Origin: Burkholderiaceae bacterium
Lineage (GTDB): Bacteria; Pseudomonadota; Gammaproteobacteria; Burkholderiales; Burkholderiaceae_A
DNA: 64,000 bases
Assembly: GCA_038147455.1 (NCBI GenBank)
Contig: JAYQTQ010000001.1
Coordinates: 268,875-332,874 of the forward strand
Reading direction: 5' to 3'
In this document: positions 1 to 10,908 of the stretch, in pieces
Numbering within the stretch: the stretch's first letter is position 1
Layout: each line of letters starts with the position of its first letter
Notes under the pieces: model-generated
The model's input: the letters and a program-made list of their open reading frames with translations, nothing else
What the model was told of the DNA's origin: nothing
The model's database searches: none
Program-made: the position numbers and the translations under genes

Positions 1-153
1 TTAGAGTGTGGTTAACCGGATTAATCTAGGTTCCAGCCTAAGAATTTGCGATTACTATACAAAACGATTATTTTCTATTAGGAAAACTTTGTTTCGTTGC
101 AGATTCGACGTCTTGATTTGGACACATAGCCCTCTTGTATTTAGAAAAAAATT

Positions 154-1188
154 ATGAGCAAAGATAAGGGAATATATTTAGCAATCTTGCTTCTGACGAC
201 CGTACTGCTGACCTTCTCAAAAGATGCTCTTTCGGAAAGAGGTGAAAATACCGGCATCCAATCATATGATAAGTTTCTAAGTAATTACAAATATCCGTTT
301 GAAGTTTACACATACAGCTTTTCTTCCCAAGGAAAAGATATGAAGATGGCTTACATGTACTTCAGACCTAAAAAACCACAAATGGGTTTCATTACGCTAC
401 TACATGGAAAAAATTTTAATGGAGCTTATTGGGAAGAAACAGCAAAATTTCTCCATGAAAAAGGCTTTGGTATTCTTATACCAGATCAAATTGGTTTTGG
501 AAAATCTTCTAAGCCAGTCGATTATCAGTACACTTTTGAAGTGTTGGCACACAACACTAAGCGCTTATTAGAGTTTTTAAATATTGAATCTACCCATGTC
601 ATTGGACATTCTATGGGAGGAATGCTCGGCTCACGATTTGCCCTACTATACCCTGAACTTACTAGGCATCTCATCCTAGTAAATCCAATAGGATTGGAAA
701 ACTATCTACTTTACTCTGAATATAAAGACGTTGATTTTTTTTACCAAAAAGAATCAAAGCTAACGTCGGCAGACATTATTTCATATCAAAAGAAGTACTA
801 TTATGATGGCAAGTGGAATACAAAATACGCTAAATTCGCAAATCCTTTAATAGGTTTGATCAATGGTCCGGATTGGAAAGAATTAGCAATAATTAGTGCT
901 CGTGTATACGATATGATCTTCACTGGCTCCGTAATTGAAGAGTTTCCTTACTTTCAAATTCCAGTAACTCTGGTTTTAGGTACTAGAGATCGTACTGGGC
1001 CAGGGCGCGCTTGGATGAAACCTAATATAACTTATGAACTGGGACGCTATGACAAGTTAGGAAATAAAGTCAAAAGCTATAACAGCGAAATTGAGGTAAT
1101 TGAACTTAAGGATATTGGGCATGCTCCTCAGATAGAAGACTTTGACGGATTTAGAAAAGTGCTAGAGGATGCAATTGAAAAGAATTAA
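154..1188 (+). CDS. secreted alpha/beta-fold hydrolase
   Basis: 344-aa ORF with hydrophobic N-terminal signal-like segment, HGKNFNG oxyanion region, GHSMGG nucleophile elbow and C-terminal GHAPQ histidine context. Confidence 0.8.
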   Translation: MSKDKGIYLAILLLTTVLLTFSKDALSERGENTGIQSYDKFLSNYKYPFEVYTYSFSSQGKDMKMAYMYFRPKKPQMGFITLLHGKNFNGAYWEETAKFLHEKGFGILIPDQIGFGKSSKPVDYQYTFEVLAHNTKRLLEFLNIESTHVIGHSMGGMLGSRFALLYPELTRHLILVNPIGLENYLLYSEYKDVDFFYQKESKLTSADIISYQKKYYYDGKWNTKYAKFANPLIGLINGPDWKELAIISARVYDMIFTGSVIEEFPYFQIPVTLVLGTRDRTGPGRAWMKPNITYELGRYDKLGNKVKSYNSEIEVIELKDIGHAPQIEDFDGFRKVLEDAIEKN

Positions 1189-1230
1189 ATTAAAATTTGA
1201 GTGCTCCTCTCATAGGCAAGCATGTGTACT

Positions 1231-1647
1231 ATGATTTTAAAAATACAGCTACTGCTAATTACATTATTTGTGTCAATGCCTGTTTATTCAGAAGATTTCA
1301 AATTAATCTGTAGAACAATTAATGTTGTTCAAAAAAGTAGCGATGCTTTCAATAATCAAACCAAAGATTCTGACAAAAGCGTAGTTGAGCAAACTATTGT
1401 GATTAAGAAAAAAGTTGATCTGCTTATTTACAGAATTATACAAATGAATGACGACAAATATGATGGTCTCATTCAAATGATACCTATCAAAAAAGAAGAT
1501 GGTGATAAAGTCTTTGCTAGTATTGTGAGAACGGACCATGTGGAATCAATCGTAATTGACCGTGAAAAAGAAGATGTCACAATGGCGATTCAATCGAGTA
1601 ACGAAATAGCAGCCAAATATGGAAACTGTTTTACTGACGACGACTAG
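1231..1647 (+). CDS. small secreted two-Cys protein (family member 1)
   Basis: Signal peptide MILKIQLLLITLFVSMPVYS. One Cys follows the predicted cleavage site (KLICRT) and one lies near the C-terminus (GNCF). Layout matches 3201-3550 and 36260-36667. Confidence 0.45.
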   Translation: MILKIQLLLITLFVSMPVYSEDFKLICRTINVVQKSSDAFNNQTKDSDKSVVEQTIVIKKKVDLLIYRIIQMNDDKYDGLIQMIPIKKEDGDKVFASIVRTDHVESIVIDREKEDVTMAIQSSNEIAAKYGNCFTDDD

Positions 1648-1688
1648 TTAAGCGAAAATACAGTGCCTTTTAGCTATCGTTCAGTAAT

Positions 1689-2987
1689 TTACAAACTAGC
1701 ATTTTCAGTCTCAAGCGTATAATTTTGCCCAGTTACTCTATTCCAAAATTGTTCCATAAAACCTCCCTCAAATCGTGAGATAGAAAAATTTTTCCCTAAT
1801 TCGCTTAACCTTCCAGGTTCTAAAACAAACTCAGCCATCATCTCACCAAAAGCAGGTGCAAATTTAAATGCCTGCCCCGACCCTAAGCAATGGAAAAGAT
1901 TCTTAACCTTAGTATCAGGACCTAAAATAAATTTTAGGTCTGGCGTAATATCGAAATAAGAACGAAATCCTGACGAGAAAACTGTCTGCTGAACATTAGA
2001 AAATCTTTTCTTTGAAATATCCTCGTAAATTCGTGTTTGGGAATACCCAAGCGCCTGGTTGGAAGGATCGTTTAAAAAATCTGCCCCTAACAACCCTAAT
2101 GGATTTTCAGCAAAGGCCGAGCTGGTTTGTTGAATTGCCCGTTTTCTCGGTTGATGCATATGAATCTCTCCATCTCGCCAACTACGAAAATATGCACGGT
2201 TAACGTAATCAGCAATTATCGGCATATCTACTTTTTTGTCAGCAAGACTGGTCAACCAATTTACAACATAAACGGGTTCAACGCTAACAGGAACGGAAAT
2301 GCTGAGTTTTGCAAATATAGATGGGGCCCAGGCACCCGCAGCATTGATTACATGATCACAGCTCAAAACCTCTTTATTTGTAATAACATTCGAAATTAAG
2401 CCATTCGTATTTTTCCTAAACCCTATTACTTCGGTTTTTTCCATTAAAGTAATATTTGATCTTCTAACACCTTCATATAAGGCTCTTCGAACATCGGCTG
2501 GATCATACTGCAAAGCATCTGGTTCGTAATAAAACACTTCATCTTCATTTAGTTGCACAAAATCGGGCGTCAAGTCTCTGGCTTCATCGATAGGAATCTT
2601 CGAAAATCTGATTTTATCTTTTACAAGATTTTTCTCTAAAATATCCCATTTTTCGTTCGTCCCTTGCGCATCTTTTTTTGCAATCCATATCGCGCCACAT
2701 CTTTCTGGCTCTAACTCAACATCCCATATATTTTCAATATTCAGCCACATTTCAGAAGCTGCCTTGGCAAGTTTTGCTGCACCTGCATCAGCATTCGCTG
2801 ATCTAACGATTCCCGAGTGTCGAGCAGTTAATCCTCCAGCAAGAACAAACTTGTCTATCAAACAAACAGATGATGGGTCCTTACCTTGTTTGCGCAAACG
2901 TGCTGCCAGAGATATCGCAGTCGCAATTCCTAAACACCCTCCTCCAACAACCACAGTATTAAACTTACCTGCCATAATTACCCTCAC
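1689..2987 (-). CDS. FAD-dependent oxidoreductase (DAO family, sarcosine oxidase beta / D-amino-acid dehydrogenase-like)
   Basis: 432-aa ORF with N-terminal Rossmann motif VVVGGGCLGIATAISLA and DAO-like length. The real start is probably the second in-frame Met (MAGKF). Confidence 0.8.
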   Translation of the reverse strand: MRVIMAGKFNTVVVGGGCLGIATAISLAARLRKQGKDPSSVCLIDKFVLAGGLTARHSGIVRSANADAGAAKLAKAASEMWLNIENIWDVELEPERCGAIWIAKKDAQGTNEKWDILEKNLVKDKIRFSKIPIDEARDLTPDFVQLNEDEVFYYEPDALQYDPADVRRALYEGVRRSNITLMEKTEVIGFRKNTNGLISNVITNKEVLSCDHVINAAGAWAPSIFAKLSISVPVSVEPVYVVNWLTSLADKKVDMPIIADYVNRAYFRSWRDGEIHMHQPRKRAIQQTSSAFAENPLGLLGADFLNDPSNQALGYSQTRIYEDISKKRFSNVQQTVFSSGFRSYFDITPDLKFILGPDTKVKNLFHCLGSGQAFKFAPAFGEMMAEFVLEPGRLSELGKNFSISRFEGGFMEQFWNRVTGQNYTLETENASL

Positions 2988-3200
2988 ATATAAAAGAATT
3001 CACTCATTAGAATCACTAATTTGACAGACTACTGAGACTAACATTTTTCTATAGTAACCCTAAAGTAACCAAGATAGCTAAAATGCAGTCAGAAAATCAA
3101 ATTTTTATTTTCCTGAAAGATAAAATCTCATGGACACGACAATTTATTTGCTAAATAATCATTTACTAACAATCCTGTAGAATTGTATGTTTTTGAAATC

Positions 3201-3550
3201 ATGACCGTTATACAATTTATCTTCTTTCTTTGTTTTTCATCGCCTTTCATACACGCCGCTCAGTTGAAAATCGTATGTCAACCGGAAAAACCGGATTTAG
3301 CTGAGCAAGTACTGTTTGTAGATAAAAAAAGAAATTAATAAAAATGAAGGATGATAGAAAAATTTTTGATGTTCAATTTTTAGCGAATTCAATCGTATTC
3401 AAAAGGGCATTATCTATTCGAAATCTAGATAGTCTTATCTCAAGAACATCTGAGCATTTTACATACAGGCTTACCAATAATTTTGAAAAACTTGAAGTTT
3501 TTATTAGTAACCAGCCGGAACAAATATTTAAGTATATTTGCAAAAATTAA
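3201..3550 (+). pseudogene. small secreted two-Cys protein paralog, frame broken at an A7 run
   Basis: ATG at 3201 gives MTVIQFIFFLCFSSPFIHAAQLKIVCQPEK... and stops at 3332 after GATAAAAAAAG. ORF 3344-3550 continues in another frame and ends ..KYICKN. Confidence 0.4.
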
Positions 3551-3649
3551 TGCAGGTAAACCAAATACAGACTCTCAAGTTAAACTCAAATTTAATATTT
3601 CAGGCTACACCTTTGCAGAGAAAAATTCAGAATAAGAACGATCTAACTC

Positions 3650-5849
3650 TTAAGTTTTTTTATTTCTAATTTAATAAGTGATAGTTCCTCTTTTAGTTTT
3701 TCTATTTCTGTTAGTTCTTTCTTTGTGGGTTTTATAACTTTGATGACTTTAGTCTGTTCTTTTCCTTCTTCCTTTCTCCTTTCACAGAATATATCCGTAT
3801 ATCTCGATTAATTCCCTTCATCTTTATCGCTTCTTTTTGCTCAACATCTACCATATCCTTTACATGAGCATACGTCTCATAACTCATATACAACCCATTA
3901 ACTCTGCTACACTTTCTAACCTTGCTGCTACATTCACTTCTCCGCCGATAATGGTATATGTCAGCCTCTGATCACTACCAAAATTGCCTACATTACAATA
4001 CCCCGTATTCACACCCATCCTAATCTCAAATGGCTCTGCAAAACCTTCTTGAGCCCACTTCTCTCGTAACTCCACCATTCTCTCTTGCATCTCCAATGCC
4101 ATCTCTATACAAGTCCTGGCATCTTCTTTCTCCCCTCTTAGTCTCTGGATCTCCAAAAAATACCATCATGGAATCTCCAATATACTTATCAATCGTAGCT
4201 CCATATTTCACGGCAATCTTTGTCATCTCTGAAAAATATTCATTCAGATATTTTGTTAAATCCTCTGGCTGCATGTTCTCTGAGGTTGAAGTGAAGTTCT
4301 TAATATCACTAAAAAAACCGTTAGCTTTCTTCTTCGGGTTGTAATCTTTGTGTCAACCTTTCCTGCAAACAATGCCTCATGAATCTGTGGTGGAATATAC
4401 TTCGCAAGCTGATTAGAAATCCACTCCATCATCGTGTTTTTTCTCTCAACTCACTGGTTCTCTCTAGAACAGTCTCTTCCAATACCACTTTCTGCCTCTC
4501 AGATTCATCCGCCTGCTTTTGAATATTCTCGTTTAACTCATCTTGCAAAAACTTCGTTCTCTTAGCCAAAACCAAGGACATAATAATCGCTTGCAATGAA
4601 TAAACCCACTGCCTGCGTAACTGTACTCTGATTTAAAAAGAATTCAATACCACTATCGGGTAGGTATGCAAACGGTTGCTGAATTCCCAGGATACCTAGT
4701 AGGCCAAATATTCTAAATACTAAGTACGGCAACATCCCAATAATAAAATTTTTGCTAATAGCATACCAGACTTGATATCTCCTAAAAGCATAGTAGTAAA
4801 TTAGGAGCAAAATAACTAAGGTAGAGATAATTAATGGATACCAAATCAATCGAAGATCCCATTCAATATTAAATAATCTAAAAATAAAAAAATGTGCAGC
4901 ATACCAAACCAAATAAAGATTAGTAAATTGAAATGCAATTGGGTAATGTTCTTTTAAATCAATAAATTGTCGTGCAAAAATAACAAACATCATAGCCTGG
5001 GAGTACCCAGTAATCGCAGCTATCGTGGAAGGAAAGGCAGTATCAAAAAATGGATTTCCGTCAAAGGGGGAAACAATAAACTCAAACAGTCTTGTTCCAT
5101 CGTGAGTACTCTGCCCTATGACTGCGCCCATCGCTGTTACTAACCAAAGCCCGAAATACAGAGTTGTCGTGTCTCTTATCTGGGAATACGAATAAAAAGT
5201 AAATATCGCTAAGGCCATCAGAGAGCCAAAAATAATTCCTTCTAACCATAATCCAAATCTTCTAGATTCCTGATATTTCTCGGTATGATAGAATTTTAGG
5301 CTATCCCGAAAAAAATTTGTCTTATTCGGCATTAGATATTTATAGTACAGATCTAGTACTTGACCAGGCTCTATATCGAAAGTAAAATTTCTTAGTTTTG
5401 AACTTTGCTAAGTTTTACCTTTCCAGGATTAATGGAAGCTAAACTGTTTACATTTCTTCCCCCAGAATGATTGACGAAAGATTTAAAAGAATCTCCTGAA
5501 ATTAAGAAAAATTCACTTCTAATATGAGGCTCTCCGGAAATCACACTTATCCGCTTGCTCTCTATAGATTTATTCTTTATTCGAACTTTTTTAATATAAA
5601 ATTGATAAGCTTCGAAGCCCAAAATCTTCAAAGGGTTAAACTTTATATCCTTAAGGTCAAGAAGATTTGTATTTTCATTAACAGACTTTGAATAAAGATA
5701 TCTATCTTCAGGAATAAAAAAGATATTGTAGTCTGATCATCAATAACAAAAAGATTGTTTTTGTTTTCTTCCTGACTACCTTGTGCATATAGAACACCTG
5801 ATAACACTAAAGTAAATGAAATCAAAAACGAAAACAGGTAATTTTTCAT
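3650..5849 (-). pseudogene. 7TMR-DISM receptor fused to class III adenylate/guanylate cyclase, degraded copy A
   Basis: ORF fragments 3884-4274 (cyclase: KYIGDSMMVFFGDP, RMGVNTGYCNVGNFGSDQRLTYTIIGGEVNVAARLES), 4562-5332 (7TM block) and 5392-5849 (extracellular part with signal peptide). All are collinear with copy B at 32984-35233. Several frame breaks and a shortened C-terminal tail. Confidence 0.75.
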
Positions 5850-5946
5850 GTATTGATAATACCAAAATTAAGTATTTCATTACCTAAAATATTCTCCCTA
5901 TTCGCCTTAGGTAGATAATGCCGTGGAAAATAAAATACCATGTTCT

Positions 5947-6450
5947 CTAACCCACTACTTGATAGATAACGAACGCAGAAAACATTATGTGTATCGCAAA
6001 TAACAAATATCCGATTGCTAAAAAAAGACCGTCTTTTTGTATAATTCCCAGCAAAACCAAAATCATGGTCACAGACCCGGAAGTATTAATGAATGGTATC
6101 GGCAAGAAGATTAATAGAGAAATAATAGATAAAATAAAACCAGAGATAAACCTTCTATGCAATTGAGACAAATAATAAAAACGAGGTTTTGATATTACAA
6201 AAATTTTTTCAATATAGTGAGAAACTTTATCTATGTGTTTTCTCCATGCTATGCACTTAACAGATTTTTTAAAAAGTTTTTTTAAAAATACAACTTCTTT
6301 GAATCCGAACAGGTAACAAATGGAGAAAAAAATTAGAGGAATACCAAGAATAAATGAATTAATAGGCAATGGAGCAAGAATAATATTTAGTACTGATAGA
6401 ATTAATAACAATATTAGAAATGAAGTATGTGCCCCCATAATTTCAACCAA
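5947..6450 (-). CDS. ExoD-like inner-membrane protein
   Basis: Multi-TM 167-aa ORF. The segment LPIPFINTSGSVTMILVLLGIIQKDGLFLAIG matches my recollection of the ExoD family. The N-terminus may be incomplete. Confidence 0.45.
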   Translation of the reverse strand: MVEIMGAHTSFLILLLILSVLNIILAPLPINSFILGIPLIFFSICYLFGFKEVVFLKKLFKKSVKCIAWRKHIDKVSHYIEKIFVISKPRFYYLSQLHRRFISGFILSIISLLIFLPIPFINTSGSVTMILVLLGIIQKDGLFLAIGYLLFAIHIMFSAFVIYQVVG

Positions 6451-6752
6451 ATCAAGGTAGAAATTTCTTCGTTTTCATTAATATACTTCTTAAGTTTTTC
6501 TGTGTGATTCGTAATCATAGTCTAAACTTTTACGTACGGATTAGCAGCCTAAATTTACTTGCATATATAAAAATTAGGACTGGATATCGTAACAAAAGGT
6601 AAAGTAATACCAGCAAAGAGAAACCCTACAATAATATAACAGGCACTATGTAGCTATAATACAGTTATAATTTATCTGTTTTATAGATTTTATTCCTGTT
6701 CCGCTCTCTTGGATTCTTCAGTGATGTAATATTTTTAGAATAGTCGTGTACT

Positions 6753-7004
6753 TTATCTCCCAGTACATTTGGACCAGACATGAGACTCAAATAAAGTTTT
6801 CCCGTCCTTAGTATCTGGATAATACTGCTGATCTAATACACCATCTGAATTTTCGGTAGAAATAAATCTAAACTTTTCACCATCTTTTTCAGATATAACA
6901 GCAGCGTCCCATTGATCCATGAAAGTACTATAACACTCGTCTTCCAGTGGTGGGGCGCAACTTATTACAACAGCAAGTGAAGGCAAGATAAAAAGGTGTT
7001 TCAT
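6753..7004 (-). CDS. small lipoprotein
   Basis: Internal Met gives MKHLFILPSLAVVISC, a lipobox-like signal. The mature part has a C-terminal Cys (SKCTGR). Confidence 0.45.
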   Translation of the reverse strand: MKHLFILPSLAVVISCAPPLEDECYSTFMDQWDAAVISEKDGEKFRFISTENSDGVLDQQYYPDTKDGKTLFESHVWSKCTGR

Positions 7005-7181
7005 CTTAATTATTATTTTTCTTCTAATTACCACAACACTATCTTTTCTAAACCAATTCAATACATGGTATCAGTTAATAGTTTAATCTAACATTAATTT
7101 TACTGCTAGCAGTACGGTGACAGATAGTGCTAACAAAATAGTCTTTCGGAGAATACTTGTAATTAAACGTGCTTGATACAA

Positions 7182-8150
7182 TCAAAAGGGCATCCAGATT
7201 CCGCTAGTTATATCCGGTCCAACTAACGCCAGGTTTTCTGGCGACTCTGCAAAGTTAATCATAACTTGTGGCCTATCCCAAATTCCTCTATCAAAATGGT
7301 CCTGATAATACGCGACTTCATCATCACTAGCCCCTCTACCTAATACATTTTGATATAAAGCATTGATATAAGCGTCATCACTTAAATTTTCTCCGTATTG
7401 GGTTTTAAATTCAGGGGATGCCATAAAATTGGATGCGATTTGTTGTATTGACAAACCATTACTTTCCATATCATTCATATGATAGGCTACACCCGGCATA
7501 TCCGGAGTACGTGCAAAAGCTGCTTGATAAAGTCTGTATGCCTGACCTGCAGTCTCACCAGCATCAATATCGAGCGCGAGAGTACCATTGTTAAATTCAA
7601 TTCTTTTAAACCCGTTTAACGTATCTGTTCCATAGGACGATGAAGTCAGATACCAGGCACTACCCTCATTCCTCAAACTATATAATTCATAATTACCAGA
7701 GGTTTCAAAAGTATATTCAGAATTTTCCGCCATAAAAGATTCATTCGCGCTTGTATTGTTGTAATCGAGAATCCGAATCTTCCCCCCCATCCCAGAGTGA
7801 AAGGAACAATAGTAGTAAAGATCCGAAGCACCACTTTCTGGAACAAAGCTAAATGTATCTGTTCCCTGGGTGTAGGTTACTCCATTGTTATATGAAACCC
7901 CCCCGGCATGGACACCATCTGAAGTTTCAGAGAACTTAAATGGATGATTTAGCGCCGAACTGGCCAGCGAAAACGTGTAGGTCTGACCAGAAACAAGTTC
8001 AATCGTTTGAGCATACTCCCCCGAGGAATTAAATTGATACTTATTTCCCTGTTCAGTATGAAAGACCGATACCTCAAAGTCGACGTTAGGAATTAGTGGT
8101 AGTGAACGATGTACTGTAACTGTGATATGAAATGAAACTCTCCTAAAATA
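7182..8150 (-). CDS. cupredoxin-like domain fused to a DUF4214 domain (5' end unresolved)
   Basis: The frame is open from 8150 to 7182. The N-terminal part has ..ALNHPFKF.. and ..LYYYCSFHSGMGGKIRI (a C-x2-H-x2-M type-1 copper pattern). The C-terminal part AGQAYRLYQAAFARTPDMPGVAYH...LYQNVLGRGASDDEVAYY...FAESPEN is a DUF4214 repeat. An upstream ATG at 8165 is followed four codons later by an in-frame TAG. Confidence 0.6.
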   Translation of the reverse strand, partial: YFRRVSFHITVTVHRSLPLIPNVDFEVSVFHTEQGNKYQFNSSGEYAQTIELVSGQTYTFSLASSALNHPFKFSETSDGVHAGGVSYNNGVTYTQGTDTFSFVPESGASDLYYYCSFHSGMGGKIRILDYNNTSANESFMAENSEYTFETSGNYELYSLRNEGSAWYLTSSSYGTDTLNGFKRIEFNNGTLALDIDAGETAGQAYRLYQAAFARTPDMPGVAYHMNDMESNGLSIQQIASNFMASPEFKTQYGENLSDDAYINALYQNVLGRGASDDEVAYYQDHFDRGIWDRPQVMINFAESPENLALVGPDITSGIWMPF

Positions 8151-8607
8151 CTAAATCGGATTCATAAATATGAAAAAAGTTTCCGATTTTTTTTGACATG
8201 TTTCTAAATTTATAAATTACGTATAAATGCTTCAATCGATTTTTACGGTCTACATATTTTTTTATGTCGTCGATTCGGATTATCAGGAGTTAGGAATTAG
8301 ACTCACAACAAATTTATTATTCCCAGGTAATCTTAACCCCTTTTAGAACGCCCATTCTTTAAAACAAATGCGATAATTGACAAGAACCATGCTAGGCAGA
8401 ATGACGCTACTAACCCTACACCCCAGATGTACAGAAAGCCAAATTCATAAGCCAAACTACCATAGAACAGCAAATAAAGAATGAAAAACAAACAAAATGT
8501 CAGCCAAAAAAATAGACCTTTCTTTCTTTCTTTTATCTGGGAACTCATAGGTAACTGTTTTATAAGGATACTTACAAAATACTATCTGAATACATAATTA
8601 ATTACAC

Positions 8608-8948
8608 TTAAAAATTCCAGGAAAGTTGTTTCCCACCAATTAAATGTAAATGAATATGGTAGACAGTTTGTTGACCGTGACCGTTAGTGTTCCAAATAAG
8701 TCTGTATCCACTATCTTGAATTCCTCGTTCAAACGCTAGTTTTTTCGCTGTGAGTACAATTTCACCGATCAGATCCATATCCTTATCTCTAAATCATTTA
8801 TCGTAGCTATTTTCATCTTCGGAATAACAAGAATATGAACAGGAGCAACAGGGTTAATATCATTTATAGCAAAAACACGTTCTGTCTCGTATATTATTTC
8901 CGAAGGGATTTCCTTAGAAAGAATTTTTTCGAAAATTGATTTTTCCAT
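8608..8948 (-). pseudogene. HIT-family (HinT-like) nucleotide hydrolase, one frameshift
   Basis: My translation gives MEKSIFEKILSKEIPSEIIYETERVFAINDINPVAPVHILVIPK.., then after a 1-nt shift ..GYRLIWNTNGHGQQTVYHIHLHLIGG (HxHxHxx motif). The 341-nt length is not a multiple of 3. Confidence 0.8.
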
Positions 8949-9791
8949 AATTAAATCGTCTCCTGTCTTCGTAGTCTGATTTTTAATAACTTAAATTATA
9001 CGGGATAATATTCACTGTTTATCGAGATGAGGCACGTTTGATCCAACGAGGTAAATTTTTTTAATCAATAATGAAATGTCATTCTTTTATCAACATGTAT
9101 GATTACAATTGTTTCAATTTTTTTAATTTTACCAATAGAGACTTTTATTTCTTCCAAAACCCCTAGAGTCAACAGACTAGGGTTTTTAATCGAAGATTAT
9201 TTATTTTTATCTGATGTTACGGACCTAACCATTAATACTAAAAAAATTGATGCGCAGATAACCCCAACAATTGCCGCGGATATTGCATGAACGTGATCTG
9301 TAGAATTGTAATTTTCTGGAGGGAAAATTTCATAAAAAATGGTAATTCCAATTTTGCTGAAACAGTAGCGAGAACACCATAAAGCAATATTTTTGCAAAG
9401 GTCATCATCAATTATAGATTTTAGTAAAGTAAAACCCATGTAGACTACGCCAGGAGATAAAAAAGACATAAAGCGCTGGAAGCGTCATGCAAAGTAAAAT
9501 AACCATAATTTGTGTTTTCATAAGAGAACCATTAAAAGAAGGGAATTCCACAACAAACCTAAGCATTTCTCTCGATACGTATCAAAAGTAAATCCTCTGA
9601 GGTAAACCTATAAATCGCAAACCCCTTTACGAACTAACGTCAATACAAAAAGTCGTTACATTAGCTTAGTAGAGTGTTGAGATCTGCAAAAGTTCGGGTA
9701 GTTCAGTAATTGAATATAAAATATTGATACGATATTGATTCATACAGACATCGAACTCATAACATGGAAACATTTAAAATAAAGGACAAAA

Positions 9792-10776
9792 ATGGGGCTT
9801 CTCATTGAAGGAAAATGGCTTGATCAGTGGTATGACACCAAATCAACTGGTGGTAAATTCGAGCGTAGTATCGCACAGTTTCGTAACTGGATTACAAAGG
9901 ACGGTTCCGCTGGTCCAACTGGCAAAGATGGCTTTAAAGCGGAGACTGGACGCTACCACCTTTATGCGAGCTACGCTTGCCCATGGGTACATCGCGTTTT
10001 GATTTACCGAAAACTTAAAGGTTTGGAGAATGCAATTGATGTTTCGTTTGTACATTGGTACATGGCTGAGCAAGGCTGGACGTTTAACAAAGATGAGGAA
10101 GGAATAGTAGGTGATCATCTATTTGACCTGGAATTTGCGCATCAACTATATACCATGGCAGACAAAAATTATACTGGTCGCGTTACCGTGCCGATTCTTT
10201 GGGATAAAGATCAAAATACAATCGTTTCAAATGAGTCCTCGGAGATCATCCGTATGTTGAACTCTGCTTTTGATGAAATTGGAGCTGATGAAGGAGATTA
10301 CTGTCCGGAACATCTTCGTGATGAAATTGATAAAATCAATCATCGTGTTTATCACACCGTAAATAATGGTGTCTACAAATCAGGCTTTTCTACTACTCGT
10401 GGAAGCATATGAGGAAGCAGTTTATCCTTTATTTGAAACGCTAAATTGGTTAGAGGACCGTCTAGGAAACACGCGCTTTTTGCACGGGAATATGCCTAAT
10501 GAGTCTGATTGGAGGTTGTTTCCGACGCTTTATCGTTTTGATAGCATCTACCACAGTCATTTCAAATGCTCAATTAAGCGTATAGTAGATTATCCAAACT
10601 TATGGGGATATACCCGTGATCTATACCAGTGGCCTGGAATTGTAAAAACCGTCAACATGAAGCATGCACGTAACCACTATTACGAGAGTCACGAGACGAT
10701 CAATCCAACACGCATCGTACCAGTTTTGCCAGAAATTGACTGGGATAAACCTAGCAACAGAAATAAGATTTTTTAA
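9792..10776 (+). pseudogene. yqjG: Xi-class glutathione transferase / glutathionyl-hydroquinone reductase, one frameshift near 10400
   Basis: ORFs 9792-10412 and 10366-10776 are collinear. The CPWVHRV active-site motif and the GRYHLY.. N-terminal region are typical of YqjG/ECM4-type enzymes. Confidence 0.8.
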
Positions 10777-10908
10777 TATAGAAATCATTTTTTTTCAAGT
10801 CTACCCAAAATACGAACATCAGAGGTTTCCTATCATTTATAACCGTAATCTCTTGCTCCCATCTTAGCTAGTAGTACTTACTTGATACCACGAAAAAAAA
10901 ACAGATAG

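Noticed and set aside
1303-1539. Antisense or overlapping ORFs in the supplied track (for example 1303-1539, 2012-2399, 2764-3024, 4030-4344, 9805-10118, 11026-11217, 19742-20239, 24656-25045, 28199-28693, 33012-33643, 49261-49485, 53729-54083, 56427-56780, 61982-62278, 63628-63980)
   Set aside because: They lie inside and opposite to ORFs with clear family signatures, have low-complexity or Ser/Leu/Ile-rich translations and no RBS context. They are typical shadow ORFs of AT-rich coding DNA.
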